The position numbers were made by a program, and so were the translations under genes. A DNA stretch of 64,000 bases from an uncultured virus (IMG/VR IMGVR_UViG_3300023176_005768) (taxonomy: Duplodnaviria; Heunggongvirae; Uroviricota; Caudoviricetes): IMG/VR virus record IMGVR_UViG_3300023176_005768; one strand, given 5' to 3'. Shown one piece after another: positions 26,391-34,381 of the stretch (within the stretch, counting starts at the first letter, position 1; each line of letters opens with the position of its first letter). A model generated the notes under the pieces. That model was not told where the DNA came from. It ran no database searches and saw only the letters and a program-made list of their open reading frames with translations.

Positions 26391-26918
26391 ATGACAACGA
26401 CAAACGTAGCTTCAACTCTCGAAAAAGAGTACCGATCGTTCAAGAAGATGATCGCGTCGTACGCGACAAAGAAGGGGTCGAGCGACCCAGACGAGATCGT
26501 CTCGATGACTTTCTCTAAGCTGCTTGCTCGAGACTCAGTCTACGGCGGGACCAGCGGTCTTCGATCGCTTGCTCTCGTGATCGCGCACGCGGCAGTCATG
26601 GACGAGCATCGCAGAAATTCCGCGAGAAAGACTGAGCCCTGCGACCCAGAAAACTTTTCCTTCGCGTTCAACGGCAAACTGTCTTGCGAAGACGTCTACG
26701 CATTCGAGAATGACGACTACCGAGCAAACGTAGAAGCTCTCAGGAAAGCTTTCGAAGTGCTTGACGACAGATCGCGTGAAATCGTCTCGTTGCGGTACGC
26801 TTGGGAGCTTTCGTCAAAGGAGATCTCAGCAAAGCTGCAAATGAGTGACGCAGCCGTTCGAGTAGCTCTTCACAGAGCAACAAAGCGCCTCCGCGACGAG
26901 ATAGTTCTTGTCGCGTAA
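26391..26918 (+). CDS. ECF-type sigma-70 family sigma factor
   Basis: Region 2-like D.DEIV...F.KL...L..IAH....DEHRR; region 4 LDDRSREIVSLRY..ELS.KEIS.KL.MS..AVRVALHRA.KRLR. Confidence 0.85.
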   Translation: MTTTNVASTLEKEYRSFKKMIASYATKKGSSDPDEIVSMTFSKLLARDSVYGGTSGLRSLALVIAHAAVMDEHRRNSARKTEPCDPENFSFAFNGKLSCEDVYAFENDDYRANVEALRKAFEVLDDRSREIVSLRYAWELSSKEISAKLQMSDAAVRVALHRATKRLRDEIVLVA

Positions 26919-26954
26919 GCAACAACACAACACAACACAACACTGGAGCGACGT

Positions 26955-27284
26955 ATGGACGCAGAAGAAGTATTGAAAGCAATTGAGAGCGGCCGGCTTG
27001 ACGGAGATCTTTTCAACATTGACAACGCGGTCGCCGAGAGACGAGAAAAGATTCGCGTGACCGCGAAAGTCGACGACTATCTGATCGGAGACCGCGTACG
27101 CGTGAACACTAAGGCGTCGCCGGCGTATATTCACGGCGAGCTCGGGACAATTGTCGGCAAAGCGCGAACAAAGCTTCTCATGCGATTTGACAGGCCGGTC
27201 GGAAGGTTTTCGTCAGTCGATGAGAACGGAATCTCGCATGGCGTCGAGGTGAAGGTGCCGCTGTCGATCATTGACAAGGTATAG
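26955..27284 (+). CDS. Hypothetical protein with SH3/KOW-like C-terminus
   Basis: IGDRVRV...P.Y..G..GTIV. Confidence 0.6.
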   Translation: MDAEEVLKAIESGRLDGDLFNIDNAVAERREKIRVTAKVDDYLIGDRVRVNTKASPAYIHGELGTIVGKARTKLLMRFDRPVGRFSSVDENGISHGVEVKVPLSIIDKV

Positions 27285-27291
27285 TACCGAT

Positions 27292-27882
27292 GTGACGACA
27301 ATTCTCGCGGTTCAAGGCGACACCTGGTCAGTTGTTGGCTGCGATTCGCTCGTGTCCGACGACAACGGCAGAGCATACAGCCTCGCGCCTGGTGTCTCGA
27401 AGATGACCGAAAAGTCAGGCTATGTCATGGCGACTGCCGGCGATCTTCGTGCGATCAACATCGTTTGTCACGCTTTTGATCCGCCAAAGCCGCCGAAAGT
27501 CTTTGGCGCAGACTTGGATTCGTTTTTCACGTCGAAGTTCATACCTGCCCTCCGCGAGTGCTTTGAGTCCCACGGATACGCGACAAAGAGCGACAAAGAG
27601 CAAGCAGCTCACGGGTCGTCGCTCATCATCTCAGTTCGCGGCGTGATCTACGCGGTAGACGAAGACTACGCTTGGACTCGAGACAGATATGGGTTCTATA
27701 GCGCCGGCAGCGGCGGAGACTATGCGATCGGCGCGATGAACGCTCTATGCGACTACAATCCGAACTTTCTCTCAGACGTGCTCGCGGTAGAGTATGTTCA
27801 GAGAGCTATTGAAATAGCAACAAAACTTGACACAGGTTCAAGGCTACCATCACAGGTAATCTCTCAGACCATAGCACCCTAG
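27292..27882 (+). CDS. Proteasome beta/HslV-like Ntn-hydrolase
   Basis: GTG start gives N-terminal TTILAV (catalytic Thr1), GCDS, K at about position 33, AGD, SAGSGGDYAIGA, D..S; GTG lies 6 nt after TATAGT. Confidence 0.85.
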   Translation: MTTILAVQGDTWSVVGCDSLVSDDNGRAYSLAPGVSKMTEKSGYVMATAGDLRAINIVCHAFDPPKPPKVFGADLDSFFTSKFIPALRECFESHGYATKSDKEQAAHGSSLIISVRGVIYAVDEDYAWTRDRYGFYSAGSGGDYAIGAMNALCDYNPNFLSDVLAVEYVQRAIEIATKLDTGSRLPSQVISQTIAP

Positions 27883-27890
27883 GAGACACA

Positions 27891-28157
27891 GTGACGCCGT
27901 CATGGATGAAAAACGCACCCTGCTCGGGAAAATCAGAGCTATTTTTCAACGAAACGTCGAGAAAGACAGTAGAAAGAGCCAGAAAGATCTGCCAGTCGTG
28001 TAGTGCAAGAGAAAAGTGCTACGAGCACGCGATGAAACACACGGACCTTGGCGTCTGGGCCGGACTTACAACGAACCAGCGCGAAAAAATCAAGCGGCAG
28101 ATCAGAAAAACCCTGAGAAATGACAGAAAGTCAACTCAGAAGCAAGAGTCTATGTAA
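27891..28157 (+). CDS. whiB: WhiB-family Fe-S transcription factor
   Basis: W...A.C...LFF...A..IC..C..RE.C...A......GVWAG.T..QR. Confidence 0.92.
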   Translation: MTPSWMKNAPCSGKSELFFNETSRKTVERARKICQSCSAREKCYEHAMKHTDLGVWAGLTTNQREKIKRQIRKTLRNDRKSTQKQESM

Positions 28158-28171
28158 TATTGTCTTTCGCT

Positions 28172-28354
28172 ATGGCGAAGCAACAAGCAACCAAGTCGAA
28201 GAGAAGGGAGCCCGTCGTGAAACGAGGTGAGCACGTTTGGAAGTGCCCGGCATGCGGGAATCGCATCACTACGTACCTCGCGCTTACTGCGATCCCGACG
28301 TGCGACAACGAACGCAAGCATCATTTGCGGGAAATGTCAGAGGTCCAGAGGTGA
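28172..28354 (+). CDS. Zinc-ribbon microprotein
   Basis: WKCPACG...PTC....H. Confidence 0.6.
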   Translation: MAKQQATKSKRREPVVKRGEHVWKCPACGNRITTYLALTAIPTCDNERKHHLREMSEVQR

Positions 28355-28833
28355 AACGCGCCGGCGTCGTGACACTGGCGTGCTTCGCGCTGACGGCACT
28401 GTCGACAATCATCGCGGTTGTCGCTTGGAGAATGTCGATAAGAATTGATAAGCATGAGAAAGAACAGCCAGCCACGCTTCTTGGAGTTGTTTCGCCGTCT
28501 CAGAACGTCGTCGAGTCTTTCCGTAGGTCACAGCCCTGATGTTCTAATCGACAACCAAGATCTGTATAATGAAAAAGACAATATGAAAGACGTAAGCGAT
28601 GAAGAGAGAATACTTCAACTCGAGTGGCAGGTCGCTCAGCTACAGCTACGGTACGACGAGGAGCTTTCTCGAAGCAATCGCTTGCAATCCGAGATGGATC
28701 GCGTCTACAGGCGTTTGAATCAACTCGACGATCTGCTATGAGCGAAAAGTCACTACTAAACGAAGCACGATCATTGATCGAAAGATCAAGAACCGAGCTT
28801 CAGAACATACAACAAGACAAAAAGAGGCAGAAA

Positions 28834-29118
28834 ATGAACAACACAGACACTACAACTACGACTGCGGCTGAAACTATCGCCGTCGACCCGATGAGCACGC
28901 TTCGAGACGAGAAGAACCTCATTTCAGACAGCACGCCGGCTGTTACCGACGCGGCTACCGCCGGACGACTCTACACCTCCGGCCTCAGCATCGACGCCGT
29001 TGGCAAGAACCTCGGTGTTTCGTACGCCAAGGCTCGCCGGCTTGTTCGCGAGGCTGGTGTCGAACTGCGCGACCCCTCCGCTCGGCTCAAGGGGCGCACT
29101 CGGAAGAGCGCTTCCTGA
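28834..29118 (+). CDS. HTH DNA-binding protein (start may be 28738)
   Basis: LY.SGLSI.AV...LGVSY..ARRLV.EAGV.LR. Confidence 0.7.
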   Translation: MNNTDTTTTTAAETIAVDPMSTLRDEKNLISDSTPAVTDAATAGRLYTSGLSIDAVGKNLGVSYAKARRLVREAGVELRDPSARLKGRTRKSAS

Positions 29119-29119
29119 C

Positions 29120-29293
29120 ATGCGACGTCCCGACTGGGTCTCAAGACTGCGAGACGTAGTCTGGACTGCCGTCGTTGCGACTGCGGCAGGCGCGATGTCT
29201 GTCGCGGCCGCAGCGGCGGGTGCAAGCACTGAGCTCGTCGTGTCGCTTGGGCTCTACGGTATCATTCTCGCGATTCTTGCGCCAAAGCAATGA
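29120..29293 (+). CDS. Small two-TM membrane protein
   Basis: Hydrophobic segments. Confidence 0.55.
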   Translation: MRRPDWVSRLRDVVWTAVVATAAGAMSVAAAAAGASTELVVSLGLYGIILAILAPKQ

Positions 29294-29328
29294 TACAATG
29301 AACCTAGCTACGGCGTAAGGAGACAGAA

Positions 29329-29547
29329 ATGGCCGAAATCTACAAAATTGTCGCGTTCGACTCCGACGGAAGGCGTCTCGAGTCGTACGCGATGCCCGGC
29401 ATGCACCGAATGTTCTCGAGGAGCATGATGGAGGAATACGGCAACGTTGAGGTGACGCCGATGGCGTTTTCTGATCTGCCGAGTGACATCCTCGAGCAAG
29501 TGAAGAAGTCGAATGTCGCGCTCGATGACGAGACGCCGGCTGAATAA
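29329..29547 (+). CDS. Hypothetical protein
   Basis: AAGGAG RBS; upstream TGATACAAT. Confidence 0.65.
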   Translation: MAEIYKIVAFDSDGRRLESYAMPGMHRMFSRSMMEEYGNVEVTPMAFSDLPSDILEQVKKSNVALDDETPAE

Positions 29548-29617
29548 CTAAAGACTGTATAGTGGCACCAGCCCACTACAACTAACAAACCAAATGACAA
29601 AATGACGGAGGATAGGT

Positions 29618-29962
29618 ATGTGGGTGTTCACCCAAGAAGGTTTTGTAAGCGTCGTCAATCACAATCGCGACGATGGGAAGCTTACGGTTCGCGCTCGAGA
29701 CGTGCGTTCATTGGAGTCCATCGCGAATCTCGAGGAAACTGAGATCATCTCGACGCCTCATCGTGACTACGAGCACCGAGTGTTCGTGTCGCCCGGGACG
29801 TACGCGGAGTGGCTTGCAGGGCAGGTCGACACGCTCAACTACTCGAACTTCAAGGACCGCGTCAAGGTTTCTCGAGGAAAGCAGTGGGCGGCAGCATGCG
29901 GAGGCGTCTGGAGCACCATGCTCGATGTCTCAGACACGCACAAGGTCGCGTCGCTGTACTGA
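29618..29962 (+). CDS. Hypothetical protein
   Basis: GGAGG RBS; MWVFT..GFVSVV...L.VRAR...DY..R...YSNFK. Confidence 0.8.
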   Translation: MWVFTQEGFVSVVNHNRDDGKLTVRARDVRSLESIANLEETEIISTPHRDYEHRVFVSPGTYAEWLAGQVDTLNYSNFKDRVKVSRGKQWAAACGGVWSTMLDVSDTHKVASLY

Positions 29963-29963
29963 G

Positions 29964-30215
29964 ATGGCGAAGTCGAAGCTCAAGCATGTTTGCCGGCGCT
30001 GTGGCAAAGGCTTCGAGCGAGCGACGGAGCACGCTGCGCATCTGACACTTGAACACGCCACGCGCTACGTTCCCAAGAAAGAGCGTTGGAAGGGTCGAGT
30101 TCTGATCTGCGGCAAGTGCCTCATGGACATGGAAACTGTCGACGACGGTGAGCGCCGAGTGTGCCCTCACTGCGGATTCAGCCTTGCAATCGACGACCAA
30201 CACAAAAGAACCTAG
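29964..30215 (+). CDS. C2H2 plus zinc-ribbon protein
   Basis: CRRCGKGF....H..HL..EH; CGKC...CPHCG. Confidence 0.7.
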   Translation: MAKSKLKHVCRRCGKGFERATEHAAHLTLEHATRYVPKKERWKGRVLICGKCLMDMETVDDGERRVCPHCGFSLAIDDQHKRT

Positions 30216-30224
30216 GAGACTTCG

Positions 30225-30599
30225 ATGGCAAAGTCAGCACGCCTCGTCGAGCCGTTCCCGCTTACTCTGCATGGCAAGCCGTACTTCATTCTCACGGTCT
30301 TGAAGTCAGCGAGAAAGTCGATGACCGTAGACGAGATCACCGCGTTCAATCCGAGAGACCTCGAGAATCGCCGAGTGACAATCGTCTTGAAGAAGTTTGT
30401 AGACGAAGGTCTAGCCACGCGGAATGACGAGACATCTGCGTACGAAATCACACCGCGTGGCATCCTCATGATCGAGTGCCTTCACGCTCGTGCGGCAGGG
30501 TTGTCTACACCGTTAGACGAGCCCTGGCGTGGAATAAAAGACATCACACGACAGAAGAACTTGAGAAATGCGAACAGATCACACGGAAGAAGCAAGTGA
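30225..30599 (+). CDS. Winged-helix-like protein
   Basis: IL.VL...MTVDEI...LKKFVDEGL.......YEITPRG. Confidence 0.6.
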   Translation: MAKSARLVEPFPLTLHGKPYFILTVLKSARKSMTVDEITAFNPRDLENRRVTIVLKKFVDEGLATRNDETSAYEITPRGILMIECLHARAAGLSTPLDEPWRGIKDITRQKNLRNANRSHGRSK

Positions 30600-30794
30600 C
30601 GCTCGAACGCTCGTCGAAATCGAGCCAGGCTCACCGAATCGCAGAGGGCAGTGCACGATCTGCGGAAGAAAGTCATTTCGCTGGTCGACGTGGGCGCACG
30701 TCGAGAAGTGGCACAGAAAGCACAAGTGTGTCTAGGGTTCTGCCGGTCACACGTGTATGATGGCTGTACGACGCTGCAGCGAAGGGAAACGACA

Positions 30795-31268
30795 ATGAAA
30801 AAGACAATTCTTCTACCGATTATCTTTTTGGCCGCCTGCGGCGGAGAGAGGATCGTGTACGTCGAAGCAACAACTACGACGCCACCCGCGGCAGAAGAGC
30901 CAGCGGACACGACTGTGCCTCCGACAACTACTGCCGAGGTGCCAACCTCTGAAACGCGCCCGACTCTGGCTCCGTACGAAGAGCCGCCGATGAACGGGTA
31001 CCAACCAGACGTCTACCTTGACATGGTCAGAGAAGACACGCCTCTGTGGTACTACAGCTATACGGATGACGTTCTCATCAACCTCGCCGCCGGCATTTGT
31101 GATTCGCTTGATCAGGGGTTCGCGATCGACAGGCTTCTCGTCGAGGTCATGCTGATGGTGTCCGAAGTAGACCCGACGCTCAACGAAAGCATCGGACTTT
31201 GGATGCGGCATGTAGTTCGCTACGTCTGCCCAGAGCACTTCGGACAGATCGAAGCTCTTGCCGGCTGA
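30795..31268 (+). CDS. Lipoprotein (DUF732-like C-terminus)
   Basis: MKK-hydrophobic-LAAC lipobox, Thr/Pro linker, D..L..LA..ICD.L..G...YVCPEH. Confidence 0.8.
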   Translation: MKKTILLPIIFLAACGGERIVYVEATTTTPPAAEEPADTTVPPTTTAEVPTSETRPTLAPYEEPPMNGYQPDVYLDMVREDTPLWYYSYTDDVLINLAAGICDSLDQGFAIDRLLVEVMLMVSEVDPTLNESIGLWMRHVVRYVCPEHFGQIEALAG

Positions 31269-31603
31269 TGAGTGACAGAAACATCGTAGAAGACTTGAGA
31301 ACCATGGCTCGGGTCGTTGATGAGTCTCAGGGCGAAGCGACTGTGACGATGCTGTCCGGTTCACTGTTCGACGACGCTGCCGACGAGATCGAGCGTCTCG
31401 CCACAGAGCGTGATCAATGGCAGGCAAAAACGGCAGGCATCAGCCAAGACATCTCCAACGCCGAAGACGAACTCGACGATGCTCGCCTCGTCATTGAACG
31501 ACTCCGCAATGCCGGTGATCATCTTGCTGCCAGCATCAGAACTGGCCGCTGGGACAGCGCTCTAGACGCTTGGGATGATGCCCGGGGAGGAGACGCATCG
31601 TGA
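31268..31603 (+). CDS. Coiled-coil hypothetical protein
   Basis: IVE.LR...AADEIERL motif. Confidence 0.65.
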   Translation: MSDRNIVEDLRTMARVVDESQGEATVTMLSGSLFDDAADEIERLATERDQWQAKTAGISQDISNAEDELDDARLVIERLRNAGDHLAASIRTGRWDSALDAWDDARGGDAS

Positions 31604-31824
31604 CATTCTTTGAGGTCGAGTCAGATCCACCCGAAACCGCAATAGTCAACGCGGCGCACAACGCAGCGGACGAGATACGGCATCTTCGAGAGCACATCAA
31701 GTCCTTGACGACAGAGTATCGCGACAACATGCTCAGAGCTGTCGCCGAGTCCGAAAAGCTTCGTTCGGTGATCGCAGAGCTGCGAGCCGAGATCGAGCAC
31801 CTTCAAGCAGCGGCAAAGGGCTAA
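31600..31824 (+). CDS. Coiled-coil hypothetical protein
   Basis: AADEIRHLR; GGAGG RBS; GTGA overlap. Confidence 0.65.
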   Translation: MTFFEVESDPPETAIVNAAHNAADEIRHLREHIKSLTTEYRDNMLRAVAESEKLRSVIAELRAEIEHLQAAAKG

Positions 31825-31993
31825 GAAACTCAAAACTAAAGATGTTACTATGGTCTACATGACAGGTAACCAGGGTAACGAAGCAATCCGCCGACCGATT
31901 CCAGGGTCTTCGACCAAGTTTGTCGGTGGCGCAGGTCACTGGGCTTGGCGAGGTTCGAAGAAGCCGAAGACCAAGAAGTGATACAATCTTGCC

Positions 31994-33415
31994 ATGGGCA
32001 AGAGCATGATGGAGCGGCTCGCCCTGCTCCCAGACGAAGAACGCGCCGCGCTGCTCGACGGAGTAGACATGGACGCGCTCGTTTGGGACTGGCGAGCCTG
32101 GGCGAGGCCCGAACAGCTACCGCCTGACGGAACCGATTGGTCAATTTGGATGTACCTCGCGGGCAGAGGCGCCGGCAAGACGCGATCAGCCGCCGAGTGG
32201 GTCCGTGAGAAGGCGAAGGACACTTCGCAGGGTCAAATACGTTTCGCGCTCGTCGCACGTACTGCGGCTGACGTGCGTGACGTCATCGTCGAGGGCGAGT
32301 CTGGGATCATCAGCGTCTCGCCGCCGAGCGAGCGCCCACTGTACGAGCCGTCGAAGCGACGACTGACGTGGCCGAACGGAAACACCGCGACGTGCTTCAC
32401 CGCGGACGAACCAGACGGCCTTCGTGGTCCGCAGTTCCACTACGCCTGGGCAGACGAGATCGCGGCATGGCGGCAGTCGCCGGACGCGGCTGGAATGACA
32501 TCGTGGGACAACCTTCGCGTCGCCACTCGTCTTGGGAAGGCGCCACAGATCATCTGCACGACCACGCCGAAACGCGTGCCGGTTCTGTACTCGCTGCTTG
32601 CGGAATCCGAGAAGGGTTACAACGTTCGCATCTCGAGAGGATCGACGCTTGACAACGCCGGCAACCTTTCGTCGACGTATCTCGACGCGATCACCGGTGT
32701 CTACGCTGGAACGCGGCTTGCTGCGCAGGAGCTCTACGGCGAGATGCTCTCCGACGTCGAAGGCGCGCTCTGGACAGATGAACTCATCGAACGATCGAGA
32801 GAAACCGGGTTCCCGCACTCGGCGCCACTCAGAGTAGTTGGTGTCGACCCGTCAGTCGCCGAGAACCCAAGAGACGAGTGCGGGATTGTCGTCTGCGCGT
32901 CGACAGGCGAGCGAGATCTGTACAAACGCAACGCGTGGGTTCTCGAGGACGCAAGTATCCACGGCTCACCTGAGCAATGGGCGAACAAGGTCGTCGAGAT
33001 GGCGCGAAAGTACTCGTGCCCTGTCGTGGCAGAAGTCAACCAGGGCGGCGCCCTTGTCACGAACGCCATCCTCGCAATCGACCCGTCGATCAAGGTTCTC
33101 GAGGTACACTCGAAACATGGCAAGGCGCTTCGCGCCGAACCAGTTACGCTCGCGTACGAACAGAACCGAGTCCACCACATCAACTACCTTCCGGAGCTCG
33201 AGTCGCAGATGATCGCGTGGATTCCCGGCGAGGGGAAGTCGCCAGACAGAATCGACGCGCTCGTACACGCGCTCACCGCGCTGCTCATCAAACCGCCGAA
33301 AGGTTTTGTCGGAGGCACGATCACTGCCAAGTCTGTCGCGTCAAGAAGACTGCCAGCGTTCCGTGGAGGGCAGTCGTCAACGGGCAGAGGTGGTAGAGTA
33401 TTTACAGTACGGTAA
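31994..33415 (+). CDS. terL: Terminase large subunit
   Basis: AGRGAGKT Walker A, LRGPQF..AWADE Walker B, TTTP, VGVDP, E.NQGG, K..RA, SPDRIDA. Confidence 0.95.
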   Translation: MGKSMMERLALLPDEERAALLDGVDMDALVWDWRAWARPEQLPPDGTDWSIWMYLAGRGAGKTRSAAEWVREKAKDTSQGQIRFALVARTAADVRDVIVEGESGIISVSPPSERPLYEPSKRRLTWPNGNTATCFTADEPDGLRGPQFHYAWADEIAAWRQSPDAAGMTSWDNLRVATRLGKAPQIICTTTPKRVPVLYSLLAESEKGYNVRISRGSTLDNAGNLSSTYLDAITGVYAGTRLAAQELYGEMLSDVEGALWTDELIERSRETGFPHSAPLRVVGVDPSVAENPRDECGIVVCASTGERDLYKRNAWVLEDASIHGSPEQWANKVVEMARKYSCPVVAEVNQGGALVTNAILAIDPSIKVLEVHSKHGKALRAEPVTLAYEQNRVHHINYLPELESQMIAWIPGEGKSPDRIDALVHALTALLIKPPKGFVGGTITAKSVASRRLPAFRGGQSSTGRGGRVFTVR

Positions 33416-33445
33416 TTGATACCAAACCGAACAAGGAAGTGTAAC

Positions 33446-34003
33446 ATGAGCACAGAGTTCAACCCAGACGCCAAAGACGGCGACGGCGACGGAGTAGTCC
33501 AGGAAGGGACAGAGTTCGAGCGCCCAATCGGCGATGGCTACAACCCAGACGCCACAGATGGCGATGGCGATGGCAAGGTGCAGGACGGCACCAAGTTCGA
33601 GCGCCCGGTAGGAGAGACTGCTGTTGTCGCTGCCGCGGAAGAGCCAGAGCCGAAGCCAGAGCCGAAGCCAAAGTCAAAGCCGGCTTCAAAGAAACGACGC
33701 GACCCATCGCCGGGTGGCGCAGCAGTCAGTGGCAACGAAACTGACAACGTGTCACTTGCGGCTTGCGTCTTCAAGAACAAGGCCGCGAAGAAGTCGCTGT
33801 CAATTCACCACGTCCAGCGTCGCCTGACCGAGCTCGGCTACCCCGACGCGTACACTGACAAGGACGGTTGGTATGGAGACCTCACCCTTGCGGCTGTCGC
33901 TCAGTACCAATCCGACGAGGGTCTTGACGGCGAAGGGGTCATCACGATGGAGACACTTGAGTCTCTGTTTGCGGATGACTGCAACGTGACCGTCGTCAAC
34001 TGA
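33446..34003 (+). CDS. Peptidoglycan-binding domain protein with two DGDGDG repeats
   Basis: NPDA.DGDGDG.VQ.GT.FERP x2; VQRRL.ELGY...DGWYG.LT..AV..YQ...GL...G. Confidence 0.8.
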   Translation: MSTEFNPDAKDGDGDGVVQEGTEFERPIGDGYNPDATDGDGDGKVQDGTKFERPVGETAVVAAAEEPEPKPEPKPKSKPASKKRRDPSPGGAAVSGNETDNVSLAACVFKNKAAKKSLSIHHVQRRLTELGYPDAYTDKDGWYGDLTLAAVAQYQSDEGLDGEGVITMETLESLFADDCNVTVVN

Positions 34004-34021
34004 TCGCCGCATTTCACCACA

Positions 34022-34061
34022 CGCGGAAGAGGCCGGGGCATTCACCCCGGCCTTTTCCGTG
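34022..34061. terminator. Hairpin between convergent genes, probable bidirectional terminator
   Basis: CGCGGAAGAGGCCGGGG-CATTCA-CCCCGGCCTTTTCCGTG. Confidence 0.75.
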
Positions 34062-34079
34062 CGGCTTGCTCCTTTGCGG

Positions 34080-34310
34080 TCAGATCTCGTCGTAGTTGTC
34101 AGTCAGCGTCTCGTAGATGCCGACGCATGCGGTAGTCATGACGCCGATGAAGAAGAGGAAGACTGAGACCGCGATGACGGTTTCCCATGCGGTCATGCCG
34201 CTCATGTCGTACGTCTTGTTGACGTCAGCAATGAATGCGGCAATCATTCCAAACCCGAAGAGGGCGACGATCGCGGTGGCGATGAGTGCGGGAAGCTTCT
34301 TCATATTCAT
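34080..34310 (-). CDS. Two-TM membrane protein
   Basis: ACGAAAGGA RBS and promoter motif on the minus strand; two hydrophobic helices. Confidence 0.75.
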   Translation of the reverse strand: MNMKKLPALIATAIVALFGFGMIAAFIADVNKTYDMSGMTAWETVIAVSVFLFFIGVMTTACVGIYETLTDNYDEI

Positions 34311-34365
34311 TTGGTTTTCCTTTCGTCGTTGCACCTTTGCGGGTGCGGCTGGCTTGTTATAGACC

Positions 34366-34381
34366 ATAGTATCATCTTTAG
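34366..34381 (-). promoter_or_regulatory. Minus-strand copy of the promoter motif (CTAAAG-ATGA-TACTAT)
   Basis: Reverse complement matches the consensus and is followed by an ACGACGAAAGGA leader. Confidence 0.7.

Larger units (their letters stand above)
5503..31851 (+). promoter_or_regulatory. Repeated phage promoter-like element CTAAAG-N4-TATAAT (about 40 copies, mostly one per gene)
   Basis: Consensus TTCTAAAGAAGTTATAAT near 6928, 7361, 7818, 8378, 9519, 11612, 11938, 12248, 12779, 13164, 13621, 14013, 14291, 14908, 15217, 15441, 15708, 16002, 16263, 16661, 16977, 17354, 17653, 17977, 18330, 18541, 19331, 19983, 20251, 21116, 21468, 21692, 22144, 25670, 26263; variants near 5503, 6485, 22714, 24377, 25894, 29548, 31836. 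Confidence 0.9.

Noticed and set aside
5503..31851. CRISPR array interpretation of the CTAAAGAAGTTATAAT repeats
   Set aside because: Spacing is hundreds of bp and irregular, intervals are ORFs, repeats are short and non-palindromic, and no cas genes are visible
5503..31851. Integron with attC sites
   Set aside because: No RYYYAAC/GTTRRRY inverted cores and no tyrosine recombinase recognised in the window
5711..33268. Numerous minus-strand and alternate-frame ORFs in the track (e.g. 6777..7409, 9641..10267, 10335..11117, 32186..32818)
   Set aside because: Shadows of + strand genes that have promoter, RBS and motif support; typical of GC-rich DNA
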